A model generated the notes under the pieces. That model did not search any database. It saw nothing but the letters and a program-made list of their open reading frames with translations, and was not told the origin of the DNA. A DNA stretch of 55,598 nt. Origin: a virus. Lineage: Duplodnaviria; Caudoviricetes. Within the stretch, counting starts at the first letter, position 1. Each line of letters begins with the position of its first letter. Made by a program: the position numbers and the translations under genes. The DNA is taken from the IMG/VR virus record IMGVR_UViG_3300005805_000113, positions 1 to 55,598 of that record. One strand, 5' to 3'. Below, in pieces: positions 44,522 through 52,549 of the stretch.

Positions 44522-45466
44522 ATGACCCCCCATGAGTATGACGTGATCTCCGTTAACGTCCGCATCCATCGCCCCGCGACTATCGCGAGTGGATTCTATG
44601 ACAGCGTGTCATCACGACTTATCGAAAAGTTGCCGGTGCGAACACTAACTTCCTACACCTATGGTTCTCCGATTCCCGACGAGCTACCCACAGAAATTGC
44701 CGACATCATTCGTCGTAGCACAGGATTTCAAGCACTCATCATTCGAAACCCTGACCAAAAATTTATTCTGATTGAATATACCGATGGCCCCAGCGGCACC
44801 ACCGGCGCAATTGATACACACGCTCCACATTTTCTCGGTGCGGTTGTGTGCCAATACGATGCGTTGAGTACCGCCTACAAATCGAGCCCATATCAGATTG
44901 TGCCGGGATACTTCTCTCGCAATATGGAAACGCCGTTACCCCCGTATACGGGGACTATTGATAAGCTAGTGTTTGTGGGTACCGTTCACCCCGACGTGCC
45001 AGAACGTCAAGCTCTGTTGAGGTTACGTGAGCATCCAGACCTGACCCTCGTGGAAGGCTATGTGCGCCGACCTGATGGGGCGAATATTCGGCCGGTTGAA
45101 TACTCACACGCTCTGTCGCAGTATGCGAGTCATCGTGCGGTGCTGGCACTTCGCGGCACATCATATTTTTGTTTTCGAGAGTTTGATATTCTTGCGGGGG
45201 GATATCCGTTAATTAGTCATGAACTCAACTACACGTCCCAAATGGAGCCGTTGGTGGATGACGAACATTACTTTGCCGTGCCGTTTGATCCGCACCCCGA
45301 GGTATTTGCTCGACGATTGATAGACAAGTTTAACGACGTGCGCGGAGATACCGCACGATTAGAACGAGTGCGCCGAAACGGTCAGTCATGGTTTTTTCGA
45401 AACGCTACGTGGCAGGGAATTACGGATCGTCTCTACGAGTGGACCCTCCGAATACTGTCCTGCTAA
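44522..45466 (+). CDS. Possible GT-B glycosyltransferase
   Basis: LVFVGT...ER, VLALRGT...CFREFDIL..G, LVDDEHY; ATG 5 nt after TAAATA. Confidence 0.55.
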   Translation: MTPHEYDVISVNVRIHRPATIASGFYDSVSSRLIEKLPVRTLTSYTYGSPIPDELPTEIADIIRRSTGFQALIIRNPDQKFILIEYTDGPSGTTGAIDTHAPHFLGAVVCQYDALSTAYKSSPYQIVPGYFSRNMETPLPPYTGTIDKLVFVGTVHPDVPERQALLRLREHPDLTLVEGYVRRPDGANIRPVEYSHALSQYASHRAVLALRGTSYFCFREFDILAGGYPLISHELNYTSQMEPLVDDEHYFAVPFDPHPEVFARRLIDKFNDVRGDTARLERVRRNGQSWFFRNATWQGITDRLYEWTLRILSC

Positions 45467-45496
45467 ATATTTTGACACAAAAGGAGAGCTATCGCT

Positions 45497-46456
45497 ATGA
45501 TATTGACGAGTATTCGAAAATTTATGTTGTCGCACTATACGTGGGTGACCCGAATTTTTGCCATCGCCGCGGTCTGTGTCGTGCTTGGGGTAATTATTTA
45601 CGGCGCCAAAAAACCGCCGCGCATCAGCCAACTTGACCCCATTACAACCGTCATCGAAGTGCCCGTGGAGAAGCTCACCACGAAAACTGTCACCGAGTAT
45701 GTTCGCGTCGAAGATCGAACCGCCGTGGACCGCTTGATGCGCGACAACGCCGCACTCAAGAGTACGGTCCAGCAACTCACGGTGTCATTGGCCGAAGCTA
45801 CGAGCCACGGCGCAGGAACGGTGGTGGTTACCACCCCCGATCCGACCACCAACGAGCCTACGATTATCAAAGTGCCAATGACGTTGCAGTTCAAAGACTG
45901 GCGCTTAGAGTTTCAGAGTGATGGAGTGACGGCGCATTACACGCTCTCGCAAAAATTTTCTATCCTGAATACGGTCGGGCGCACCGACACCAATACACCC
46001 GTCAATATTGTGCGCCTGTTTGAAATCGGCGCGAACGGGGAGCGGCTTCCCATTCCTACTGTCGAAACGACGATCATTAGTGCCCAACCAACGCGGGACC
46101 GTTTCTATATGAAGCCGACCCTTCAGGCAGGGGTAGGAATTTTGCCACGGTGGGACTCTACTGCGACGCCAACTACGACCGGTGGTCGGACGCGATATGA
46201 TACGTCACTCGCCGTGGCAGTGCCGTGGTGGAAACGAGGACGGACCACGGCGGTCGAAGATACTCGATACGCCTATTTGACACCTGTCGTAACAATCAAC
46301 GACACGGAATTGACAGGCGGACTCGCGCCGATCTCCGTGAACTTGGGCACACTACGATATTCCCCAGTGACCGACCTCTGGTTCTCTCCCTATGCGGGTC
46401 TGAGTTCTCGACACGGCAAGAAAAAGTTTGCCGTTGTGTTTACGACCACCTTTTAA
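45497..46456 (+). CDS. Membrane-anchored protein (TM + coiled coil + beta-rich C-terminus)
   Basis: N-terminal TM IFAIAAVCVVLGVIIY; C-terminal Phe. Confidence 0.65.
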   Translation: MILTSIRKFMLSHYTWVTRIFAIAAVCVVLGVIIYGAKKPPRISQLDPITTVIEVPVEKLTTKTVTEYVRVEDRTAVDRLMRDNAALKSTVQQLTVSLAEATSHGAGTVVVTTPDPTTNEPTIIKVPMTLQFKDWRLEFQSDGVTAHYTLSQKFSILNTVGRTDTNTPVNIVRLFEIGANGERLPIPTVETTIISAQPTRDRFYMKPTLQAGVGILPRWDSTATPTTTGGRTRYDTSLAVAVPWWKRGRTTAVEDTRYAYLTPVVTINDTELTGGLAPISVNLGTLRYSPVTDLWFSPYAGLSSRHGKKKFAVVFTTTF

Positions 46457-46485
46457 TTGACACGGACTGCAATATTCAGTATACT
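46457..46485 (+). promoter_or_regulatory. sigma70-type promoter
   Basis: TTGACA-17 nt-TATACT. Confidence 0.8.
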
Positions 46486-46532
46486 AACTCTCGGTGACAG
46501 ACACCCTTGTCTGCGCCCTATTGAGGATACGT

Positions 46533-46790
46533 ATGGAAAATACTGGGCATAAAATTACGCATACAAAAAATGGGCATGTCCTCACGGCCGTTCTTTACGG
46601 TGAGGTGACGCCCGAGAAAATTGATGCCGCCAAGAAAGCTCTTGCACATCGGGCCGAGCAGTTGTATTCCCCCGCGAAGACCCCAAGCGAGAACTGGAAT
46701 CGCAATGAGCGCACCATCTCCTATCGTTCGAAGAACGATGTGGATGCGTGGGACGAGTGGGGCGATGATGAGTTCGGTAACGATTTTTAA
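46533..46790 (+). CDS. Hypothetical protein
   Basis: GAGGA RBS, acidic aromatic tail. Confidence 0.6.
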   Translation: MENTGHKITHTKNGHVLTAVLYGEVTPEKIDAAKKALAHRAEQLYSPAKTPSENWNRNERTISYRSKNDVDAWDEWGDDEFGNDF

Positions 46791-46799
46791 TTAATCACC

Positions 46800-46885
46800 G
46801 CCCGCGTGGTGGAATGGTATACACGGAGGACTTAAAATCCTCTGGCGGCAACGCCATACTGGTTCGAGTCCAGTCGCGGGCACCA
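46800..46885 (+). tRNA. tRNA-Leu(TAA)
   Basis: Long V-arm, loop CTTAAAA, CCA. Confidence 0.95.
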
Positions 46886-46895
46886 CTTTTCGTAT

Positions 46896-46970
46896 GGCGG
46901 TATCGTCTATCGGCTAGGACACAGCCCTTTCAAGGCTGGAAGATGGGTTCGATTCCCATTACCGCTACCA
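46896..46970 (+). tRNA. tRNA-Glu(TTC)
   Basis: Loop CTTTCAA, CCA. Confidence 0.92.
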
Positions 46971-46985
46971 AACACTAGAGCTATT

Positions 46986-47324
46986 ATGACACGACCTAAC
47001 CTTGAACATGATCTTATTCGCAACATCAGTCTCTGTGAACGAGTGCAGACCGACCGCGAGTTTGCCAAGTCGCTCTATGCGGCACTGTGCAATACCGAGT
47101 TTCATCATGCTGCGTTGGACGAGCCGTGGGGCTGTTCGTGGCGGTATGCGGGAGGCATTCTCGCAAACATAGAAAATACCGGCGGGGACTATCTGGATTA
47201 TTATTGCAGCGGCAACGAAGGCCATGTTACCGACGAACTGCGCGCCATTTTTGCCGAGATGGGATGGGACGCACGTCCGTATCGCCGCATTAATGGTCCC
47301 TCGGGGCCGAAAGAAGTGTCCTAA
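46986..47324 (+). CDS. Conserved phage hypothetical protein
   Basis: LYAALCN.EF...WGCSWRYAGGI.A...GDYLDYYCSG.EG.V. Confidence 0.7.
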   Translation: MTRPNLEHDLIRNISLCERVQTDREFAKSLYAALCNTEFHHAALDEPWGCSWRYAGGILANIENTGGDYLDYYCSGNEGHVTDELRAIFAEMGWDARPYRRINGPSGPKEVS

Positions 47325-47327
47325 TAC

Positions 47328-47411
47328 GGAGAGGAGCCTAACGGTGGGAAGCTGTCTACTAAACAGTCGCCGGTAACTCGGTAGCAGGTTCGATTCCTGT
47401 CCTCTCCGCCA
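47328..47411 (+). tRNA. tRNA-Ser(ACT)
   Basis: GGAGAGG/CCTCTCC, G73, long V-arm, GCTGT/ACAGT stem with loop CTACTAA. Confidence 0.85.
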
Positions 47412-47417
47412 CTTATT

Positions 47418-47795
47418 ATGTCCAACACCGCCATTCAAAAATTCGCCTCGGGATTAGAATACGGGCTCGTGCCTAGCGCACCCGCGATCTCGCTTCCTGA
47501 CATTCAGAAGTGGCGCAGCCGCACACACCCTGAAGTCGCGCATCATTTTCTCGAACGCTATGAAGAACTACGGCGCGAATACGACGCGTTGTTGGAGCAG
47601 TATGCGTTGAACAAACTCGTCTACGATAGCGAGATTCGGTTTGAACCGGCAATTGGGCAAATATATTATCTCTACGAAAGATCTTCCGGTGGTCGGTTTC
47701 TCTCGCTCGTATCCCCACGACAGACCTTTTGGTCGGGATTTCTTCATGCGGTGCGTCTCACGACCGCCTATACATGGGAAGTCGTGAACATTTAA
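47418..47795 (+). CDS. DUF2452-like hypothetical protein
   Basis: AP.I, coiled coil, VY..E.RFEP.IGQ.YYLYE...FLSL.SP. Confidence 0.6.
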   Translation: MSNTAIQKFASGLEYGLVPSAPAISLPDIQKWRSRTHPEVAHHFLERYEELRREYDALLEQYALNKLVYDSEIRFEPAIGQIYYLYERSSGGRFLSLVSPRQTFWSGFLHAVRLTTAYTWEVVNI

Positions 47796-47885
47796 GATAT
47801 CGTTATTATGGACGCTATTCGGTTTTCGTCATTTGGTGGGAATCGTTGTGGGACTGACCGTCCATATTGTATACTAGAGGGGTAA

Positions 47886-47969
47886 GGTGAGGAGCCTAAT
47901 GGTGGGACGCAGCCTTGAAAGCTGTCGCCGGACAACCGGTAGCGGGTTCGATTCCTGTCCTCACCGCCA
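47886..47969 (+). tRNA. tRNA-Ser(TGA)
   Basis: Long V-arm, loop CTTGAAA, G73, CCA. Confidence 0.9.
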
Positions 47970-47989
47970 TTTTGTGAAAGAGAACTGAT

Positions 47990-48280
47990 ATGACGCCCGA
48001 AGATTTAGAAAATATCTTAGAGTTGGAATATGAAACGCGATACAACCCCAGAAAAATTCTTCGTGTGATTTTTGCGATAGTTTCCCTCAATTTGGGTGTT
48101 ATGTTGTTGACACGCGGCAGCGCCCCCACACACTCCTTGTTTGGCGCAGGAGCATTGACATTTTTTGTTTGGTTGGGATTTGGGTCGCCCGTCGATACCG
48201 TGTTGACGAAAGAATCTGTCGCGAAAGTGCGCGACTGGTTGCAGACGATTGATACCACCGATAATACTGACGATAAATAA
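47990..48280 (+). CDS. Small two-TM membrane protein
   Basis: Two hydrophobic helices. Confidence 0.6.
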   Translation: MTPEDLENILELEYETRYNPRKILRVIFAIVSLNLGVMLLTRGSAPTHSLFGAGALTFFVWLGFGSPVDTVLTKESVAKVRDWLQTIDTTDNTDDK

Positions 48281-48296
48281 TGACTGAGGTTAAACT

Positions 48297-48875
48297 ATGA
48301 GTTATCACTTGACACCCCCCCGCATGAAGTCCGTGTTTGCTCAATATAGCGGCGTTTTTTCGAACGTGGAAATTGCTACGCTTACAAAATATCTTTCCGA
48401 GCAACCTGTTACAGCGGGTCAACTCACCGCCGGAAAAATCGATCAAGAAATTCGTCGAAGCAAAGTATTTTTTATTCCCACGACTCCTGAGACGCGCTGG
48501 CTCTATGATAAAATGGCGCTATTCGTGGGGGAAGCGAATAAAAAATATTTTAACGTAGATATTGAGGCCATTCAAACCATTCAATATACGGAATACCACG
48601 CCGAAGAATCCGGCACCTATGATGACCATCTGGATTTGAGCCCCGGTGTCATTCGGGCGCGAAAATTAAGCGTCTCGGTTCAACTCACCGATGATACGGA
48701 ATACGCCGGCGGAGATCTTCAACTCAAAATGAACAGTCGCGCACCCGTCGTTGCGTCACGCGTCAAAGGTGACGCGCTCATCTTTCCGTCGTGGATATTG
48801 CACGGCGTCACTCCCGTGACCAAAGGGGTTCGAAAATCCTTAGTGGCCTGGGTTGAAGGTCCAGAGTGGCGGTAA
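48297..48875 (+). CDS. 2OG-Fe(II) oxygenase (PKHD-type)
   Basis: QYTEY, YDDHLD, RKLSVSVQL, Y.GGDL, FPSW.LHGV.PV..G.RKSLV.W..GP. Confidence 0.9.
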   Translation: MSYHLTPPRMKSVFAQYSGVFSNVEIATLTKYLSEQPVTAGQLTAGKIDQEIRRSKVFFIPTTPETRWLYDKMALFVGEANKKYFNVDIEAIQTIQYTEYHAEESGTYDDHLDLSPGVIRARKLSVSVQLTDDTEYAGGDLQLKMNSRAPVVASRVKGDALIFPSWILHGVTPVTKGVRKSLVAWVEGPEWR

Positions 48876-48877
48876 TC

Positions 48878-49327
48878 ATGGCACGCGGATTTACGTGCGG
48901 CGCGTTCGATCTGCTTCATCCGGGGCACCTTTATCTGTTCGAATTCGCCAAGCGGCACTGTGATTATCTCATCGTCGGGCTCCATACGAATCCCCAACGG
49001 GATCGCCGCGAGAAGAATATGCCCGTCCAAACCACGTTTGAACGCTGGAAGCAACTATCCGCCGTCAAATATATCGACGAAATTATTCCCTACGACACCG
49101 AAGACGATCTCAAGAATTTGTTTGCGACGGTTGATGTTCAGGTGCGGTTTTTGGGCACCGACTATGCGGGGCGTCAGTATTATACTGCCAAAGAATTGTG
49201 TCAGCAGTTGAACATGACGACCATCTATGTGCCGCGACATCACTCGTTTAGCTCCAGTAGTATTCGCACTCGTTTATTGGAGGCCGCCTCATGCACCGTG
49301 CCATCTTCTTCGACCGTGATGGAGTAA
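48878..49327 (+). CDS. HIGH-family cytidylyl/adenylyltransferase (TagD/HldC-like)
   Basis: GAFDLLHPGH, CDYLIVGL, ER, LGTDY, SSSSIR. Confidence 0.85.
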   Translation: MARGFTCGAFDLLHPGHLYLFEFAKRHCDYLIVGLHTNPQRDRREKNMPVQTTFERWKQLSAVKYIDEIIPYDTEDDLKNLFATVDVQVRFLGTDYAGRQYYTAKELCQQLNMTTIYVPRHHSFSSSSIRTRLLEAASCTVPSSSTVME

Positions 49328-49842
49328 TTAACCCACTGATTCCACGGGCGGACGGTCGCATGACCTCTCCGTGGTGCATCGACGAATTCGTGCTGCTTCC
49401 GCGTGTGCAAGACGCGTTTGCGCTTGTCGCGCCACACTACCAGTGCTTTGTCGTCACCAATCAACCCCATGTCGGCCATGAGATGACAGAGAACGATATG
49501 GACGTCATCAACGCTCAACTCCAACACTGGGTGCCGGAGATTCGTGAAATTGCCTACTGCTCCGTACAAGGCAGTTCCCACTACAAACCGAATCATGGCA
49601 TGATATTGGATTTAGTCGCGCGGCATCAACTCTCACGCGTGATGCGACAGCACTACATGATTGGCGACCGCTGGAAGGACATCGTATGCGGACGTAATGC
49701 GGGAACACGCACGATATTTGTGGGGTCTAAATATGTGTGTGGAGAATCTCCGTATCAGGATATTCTTCCCGATTATCAAGCCCTCGACATTTATGATGCG
49801 TGTGAACTCATTATGAAACAATCGTCGCGGGCGGAGCCATAA
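49291..49842 (+). CDS. gmhB: Heptose-1,7-bisphosphate phosphatase (HAD-IIIA)
   Basis: FFDRDGVIN, VVTNQP, KP..GM, MIGDRWKD. Confidence 0.85.
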   Translation: MHRAIFFDRDGVINPLIPRADGRMTSPWCIDEFVLLPRVQDAFALVAPHYQCFVVTNQPHVGHEMTENDMDVINAQLQHWVPEIREIAYCSVQGSSHYKPNHGMILDLVARHQLSRVMRQHYMIGDRWKDIVCGRNAGTRTIFVGSKYVCGESPYQDILPDYQALDIYDACELIMKQSSRAEP

Positions 49843-50410
49843 ACTTCTTCATGCGTCGGTGAAGTTTATAGGTGGCCGTGCGCTTTGCGATAGTCTCGGG
49901 TGAAAGTTTCTTGCCCATATTTGCTGCGCTCAACTTCGCTCGATGTTCGGCTGACTTTCTTCGACCTTTTTGCGCGATGCACATTCTCGCTCGGCTTTCA
50001 TCAGAGAATCTCTTGCCTATGTGTGCTGCGCTCATCCTCGACCGAGTTTCGTTAGAATATTTTTTGCCTGTCTTAGCCACCCGTTGTTTTGCCCGATATT
50101 CTTCACTCCGTATGATGCCGCGGGTGCCCTCTCCACCCTCCGTCATATTATAGCCGTGCTCCCGCGTATTCAGTTCCGCGATCCAATAGGTTTCACGAGC
50201 ATTCACATCCTCAATGGTCGTGTGTTCCAGTATCTCTCGGGTGAAGGCATCGGGTCCGTATTTCCGCATGGCATTGTGTAGGTGTAAGTTAGAACCATTT
50301 CTCACACTCCAACAGTGTTTCCACCATCGGTTTTTTAGACTATAGACAGTTTGCCCGACGTATTGTTTTCCGTTGATGGTATTGGTGAGAAGATAAATAA
50401 TAGCAGACAT
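49811..50410 (-). CDS. GIY-YIG homing endonuclease with NUMOD3 repeats (paralogue of 37465-38091)
   Basis: Identical N-terminus MSAIIYLLTNTINGKQYVGQT; YGPDAFTREILEHTT; GYNMTEGGEG. Confidence 0.92.
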   Translation of the reverse strand: MSAIIYLLTNTINGKQYVGQTVYSLKNRWWKHCWSVRNGSNLHLHNAMRKYGPDAFTREILEHTTIEDVNARETYWIAELNTREHGYNMTEGGEGTRGIIRSEEYRAKQRVAKTGKKYSNETRSRMSAAHIGKRFSDESRARMCIAQKGRRKSAEHRAKLSAANMGKKLSPETIAKRTATYKLHRRMKKFMAPPATIVS

Positions 50411-50490
50411 GACAGCCTCCGATCAGGTTGTTAGCGTTTAGGGTAGAGATGAGTTCCTGCTCATTTCTACCCGCTCTAAATACTATTTAG
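50410..50490. promoter_or_regulatory. Conserved two-hairpin element plus bidirectional late-promoter core (copy 2)
   Basis: Hairpins 50410-50433 and 50441-50472; CTAAATA-C-TATTTAG inverted repeat at 50476-50490. Confidence 0.7.
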
Positions 50491-50550
50491 TTGATTTGAT
50501 GCGGCAACATCGGATGATGTGCTATACTACTACGGAATGGAGATTTCATA

Positions 50551-51549
50551 ATGGCGCTACCACCTGTTTCTGAACTTCGCAATCAAAACCTTATCGGCAA
50601 AAACGAACTCAACAAAAACGCCAATGGCGGCACCGAGGTGACGACCAGAGAACTCTTTCACTATTTGTCACCTGAAGAACTCGACGGCGTGCAGATTATT
50701 ACGTCGCGAGTGCGCGAACTCGACCCCGACGCGATCAGGATATACCATCTTCACGATTTACCCGGCGACCCCGAAGCCGCACATCTGCGCGACCAAGCCT
50801 CGCGTGACCGTTTTGACCGCATCGTGTTTTCGTCAAACTGGCAATATCAGCAATTTATCACCACACTCAAACTGCCGTTTTCTGACCAGTGCCGCGTGAT
50901 TGAAACCGGTGTGGAGCCGATTCCGTTTGCGGAGAAGACCGACCCACGCACCAATCCGATTCGTCTCATCTACACGTCAACACCGCATCGCGGACTGGAA
51001 ATTTTGGTGCCCGTCTTTGAACGCTTGGCGGACCTCTTTCCGTTTATTGAATTGGATGTCTATTCATCCTTCAAGCTCTACGGGTGGGATGAACGCGACA
51101 AGCAGTATGAAAAGCTCTTCGAGCGGTGCAAATCACATCCTCAGATTCGCTATCACGGCACCGTCGATCGTGAGACCATCACCAAAGCCTATCAGGACGC
51201 CCATATTTTTGCCTATCCGTCGATTTGGCCGGAGACCTCCTGTCGCTGCTTGATTGAAGCGATGATGGCGGGATGTCTCTGTGTCCATCCCAACTATGCC
51301 GCCTTACCCGACACCAGCAGTGGGTTGACGGACTGGTATGATGGCGATGAGAACGCACAAGCCCATGCGACAAAGTTCGCCGAAGTGCTGGCGCAAATTA
51401 TCAATGTGCTGCGCACCACGGATGTGTGGGAGAGCACCGGTCTCACCAATCGTCGTAAGATCGCGCACACGGTCGCCACAACCCGTTTCGGATGGCCCAC
51501 AGTCATTCGCAAGTGGAAGAATCTGATCGCAGAAGTAAAGGCGGTCTAA
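50551..51549 (+). CDS. GT-B (GT4-like) glycosyltransferase
   Basis: GGTE, HD, LIYTSTPHRGL, FAYPSIWPETSC...IEAM.AG. Confidence 0.88.
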   Translation: MALPPVSELRNQNLIGKNELNKNANGGTEVTTRELFHYLSPEELDGVQIITSRVRELDPDAIRIYHLHDLPGDPEAAHLRDQASRDRFDRIVFSSNWQYQQFITTLKLPFSDQCRVIETGVEPIPFAEKTDPRTNPIRLIYTSTPHRGLEILVPVFERLADLFPFIELDVYSSFKLYGWDERDKQYEKLFERCKSHPQIRYHGTVDRETITKAYQDAHIFAYPSIWPETSCRCLIEAMMAGCLCVHPNYAALPDTSSGLTDWYDGDENAQAHATKFAEVLAQIINVLRTTDVWESTGLTNRRKIAHTVATTRFGWPTVIRKWKNLIAEVKAV

Positions 51550-51550
51550 C

Positions 51551-52549
51551 ATGATTCTTGTCAAGGCGCCGCTTCGCCTCAGTTTCTTCGGCGGAGGGTC
51601 GGATATTCCGTCCTACTTTGAGACCTACGGGGGAGCCACACTCTCGGCAACGTTTGATAAGTGGGTGTACGCAACCATTATCCATACTCCGCAGCCGCAC
51701 GTCAAAGTTGCCTACTCTACTACGGAGTATCATGATACTGCCGAGTCCGTGCGACATAACAGCGTGCGTTCCGCCCTTCGCTGGGCCAAGATTGCACAAC
51801 ACATTGAGATCAGTTCGTTTGCGGATATCCCGACCATTGGGACGGGACTTGGCGCCAGCAGCGCCTTCATTGTCGCATTATTGTCGGGACTGCAACGCTA
51901 TGTGTATAACACGCCATTTCCCCCCGACCCCTATTGGGCGGCCACGACCGCAGGGCATTTGGAAATTCATGACGTCGGTTCGCCTATTGGGTATCAAGAC
52001 CATATGGCCGCCGCGTATGGAGGCTCGCTGTTTGTGGAATATCATGCAAACCCGATGACGACCCCTCCCTTTACCTATCCCTTTACGGTGACGCGTCTGG
52101 CCCCCGCCCCCGAATTATTTGCGTGTTTGTTTCTCGTGAAAATGCCGAGCCGACAAATAAGTGCAAATCAAATACTACAACAGGGCATGTCTTCGACGCA
52201 CGTCGAACGACTGGTGAATATGGCGTATCAAGCCAAGCCGCTGTTCGAGCGCCAACATATTGCTGGTTTTGGGGAGCTGTTGCACGAAGGGTGGATGCAG
52301 AAGAAGCAAATGCACTCGGCCATTTCGACCCCCGACATCGACGAGGCCTACGACCGTGCGCGTCGGGCGGGGGTGCTTGGGGGAAAACTACTGGGGGCGG
52401 GGAATGGCGGCTATCTGCTACTCTGCGCGAAGTCTCCCGAGGAAAAACAGCACATTCAACGCACGGTGTTTGCCGACCATGTGTGGTATAATGTAAGTCC
52501 AACACACACAGGAGTGGAGATTGTCTATGATGACACGCGACATAATTGA
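51551..52549 (+). CDS. hddA: GHMP sugar kinase, D-glycero-alpha-D-manno-heptose-7-phosphate kinase-like
   Basis: APLRLSFFGGGSD, GTGLGASSA, IGYQD..AAAYGG, GGKLLGAGNGGY. Confidence 0.85.
   Translation: MILVKAPLRLSFFGGGSDIPSYFETYGGATLSATFDKWVYATIIHTPQPHVKVAYSTTEYHDTAESVRHNSVRSALRWAKIAQHIEISSFADIPTIGTGLGASSAFIVALLSGLQRYVYNTPFPPDPYWAATTAGHLEIHDVGSPIGYQDHMAAAYGGSLFVEYHANPMTTPPFTYPFTVTRLAPAPELFACLFLVKMPSRQISANQILQQGMSSTHVERLVNMAYQAKPLFERQHIAGFGELLHEGWMQKKQMHSAISTPDIDEAYDRARRAGVLGGKLLGAGNGGYLLLCAKSPEEKQHIQRTVFADHVWYNVSPTHTGVEIVYDDTRHN

Noticed and set aside
38293-46885. Leu tRNA pair as attL/attR of an integrated element
   Set aside because: Both are full-length with different anticodons and compensatory changes; no integrase lies between them
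47328-47411. Amber suppressor (CTA) reading of the Ser tRNA, and stop-codon recoding of the genome
   Set aside because: The symmetrical stem places ACT at 34-36; core genes are intact in the standard code and end normally at TAG, TAA or TGA
47796-47885. Possible small RNA or 25-codon ORF before tRNA-Ser(TGA)
   Set aside because: Only one 8-bp stem (TATGGACG/CGTCCATA) and no RBS; adequately explained as promoter spacer
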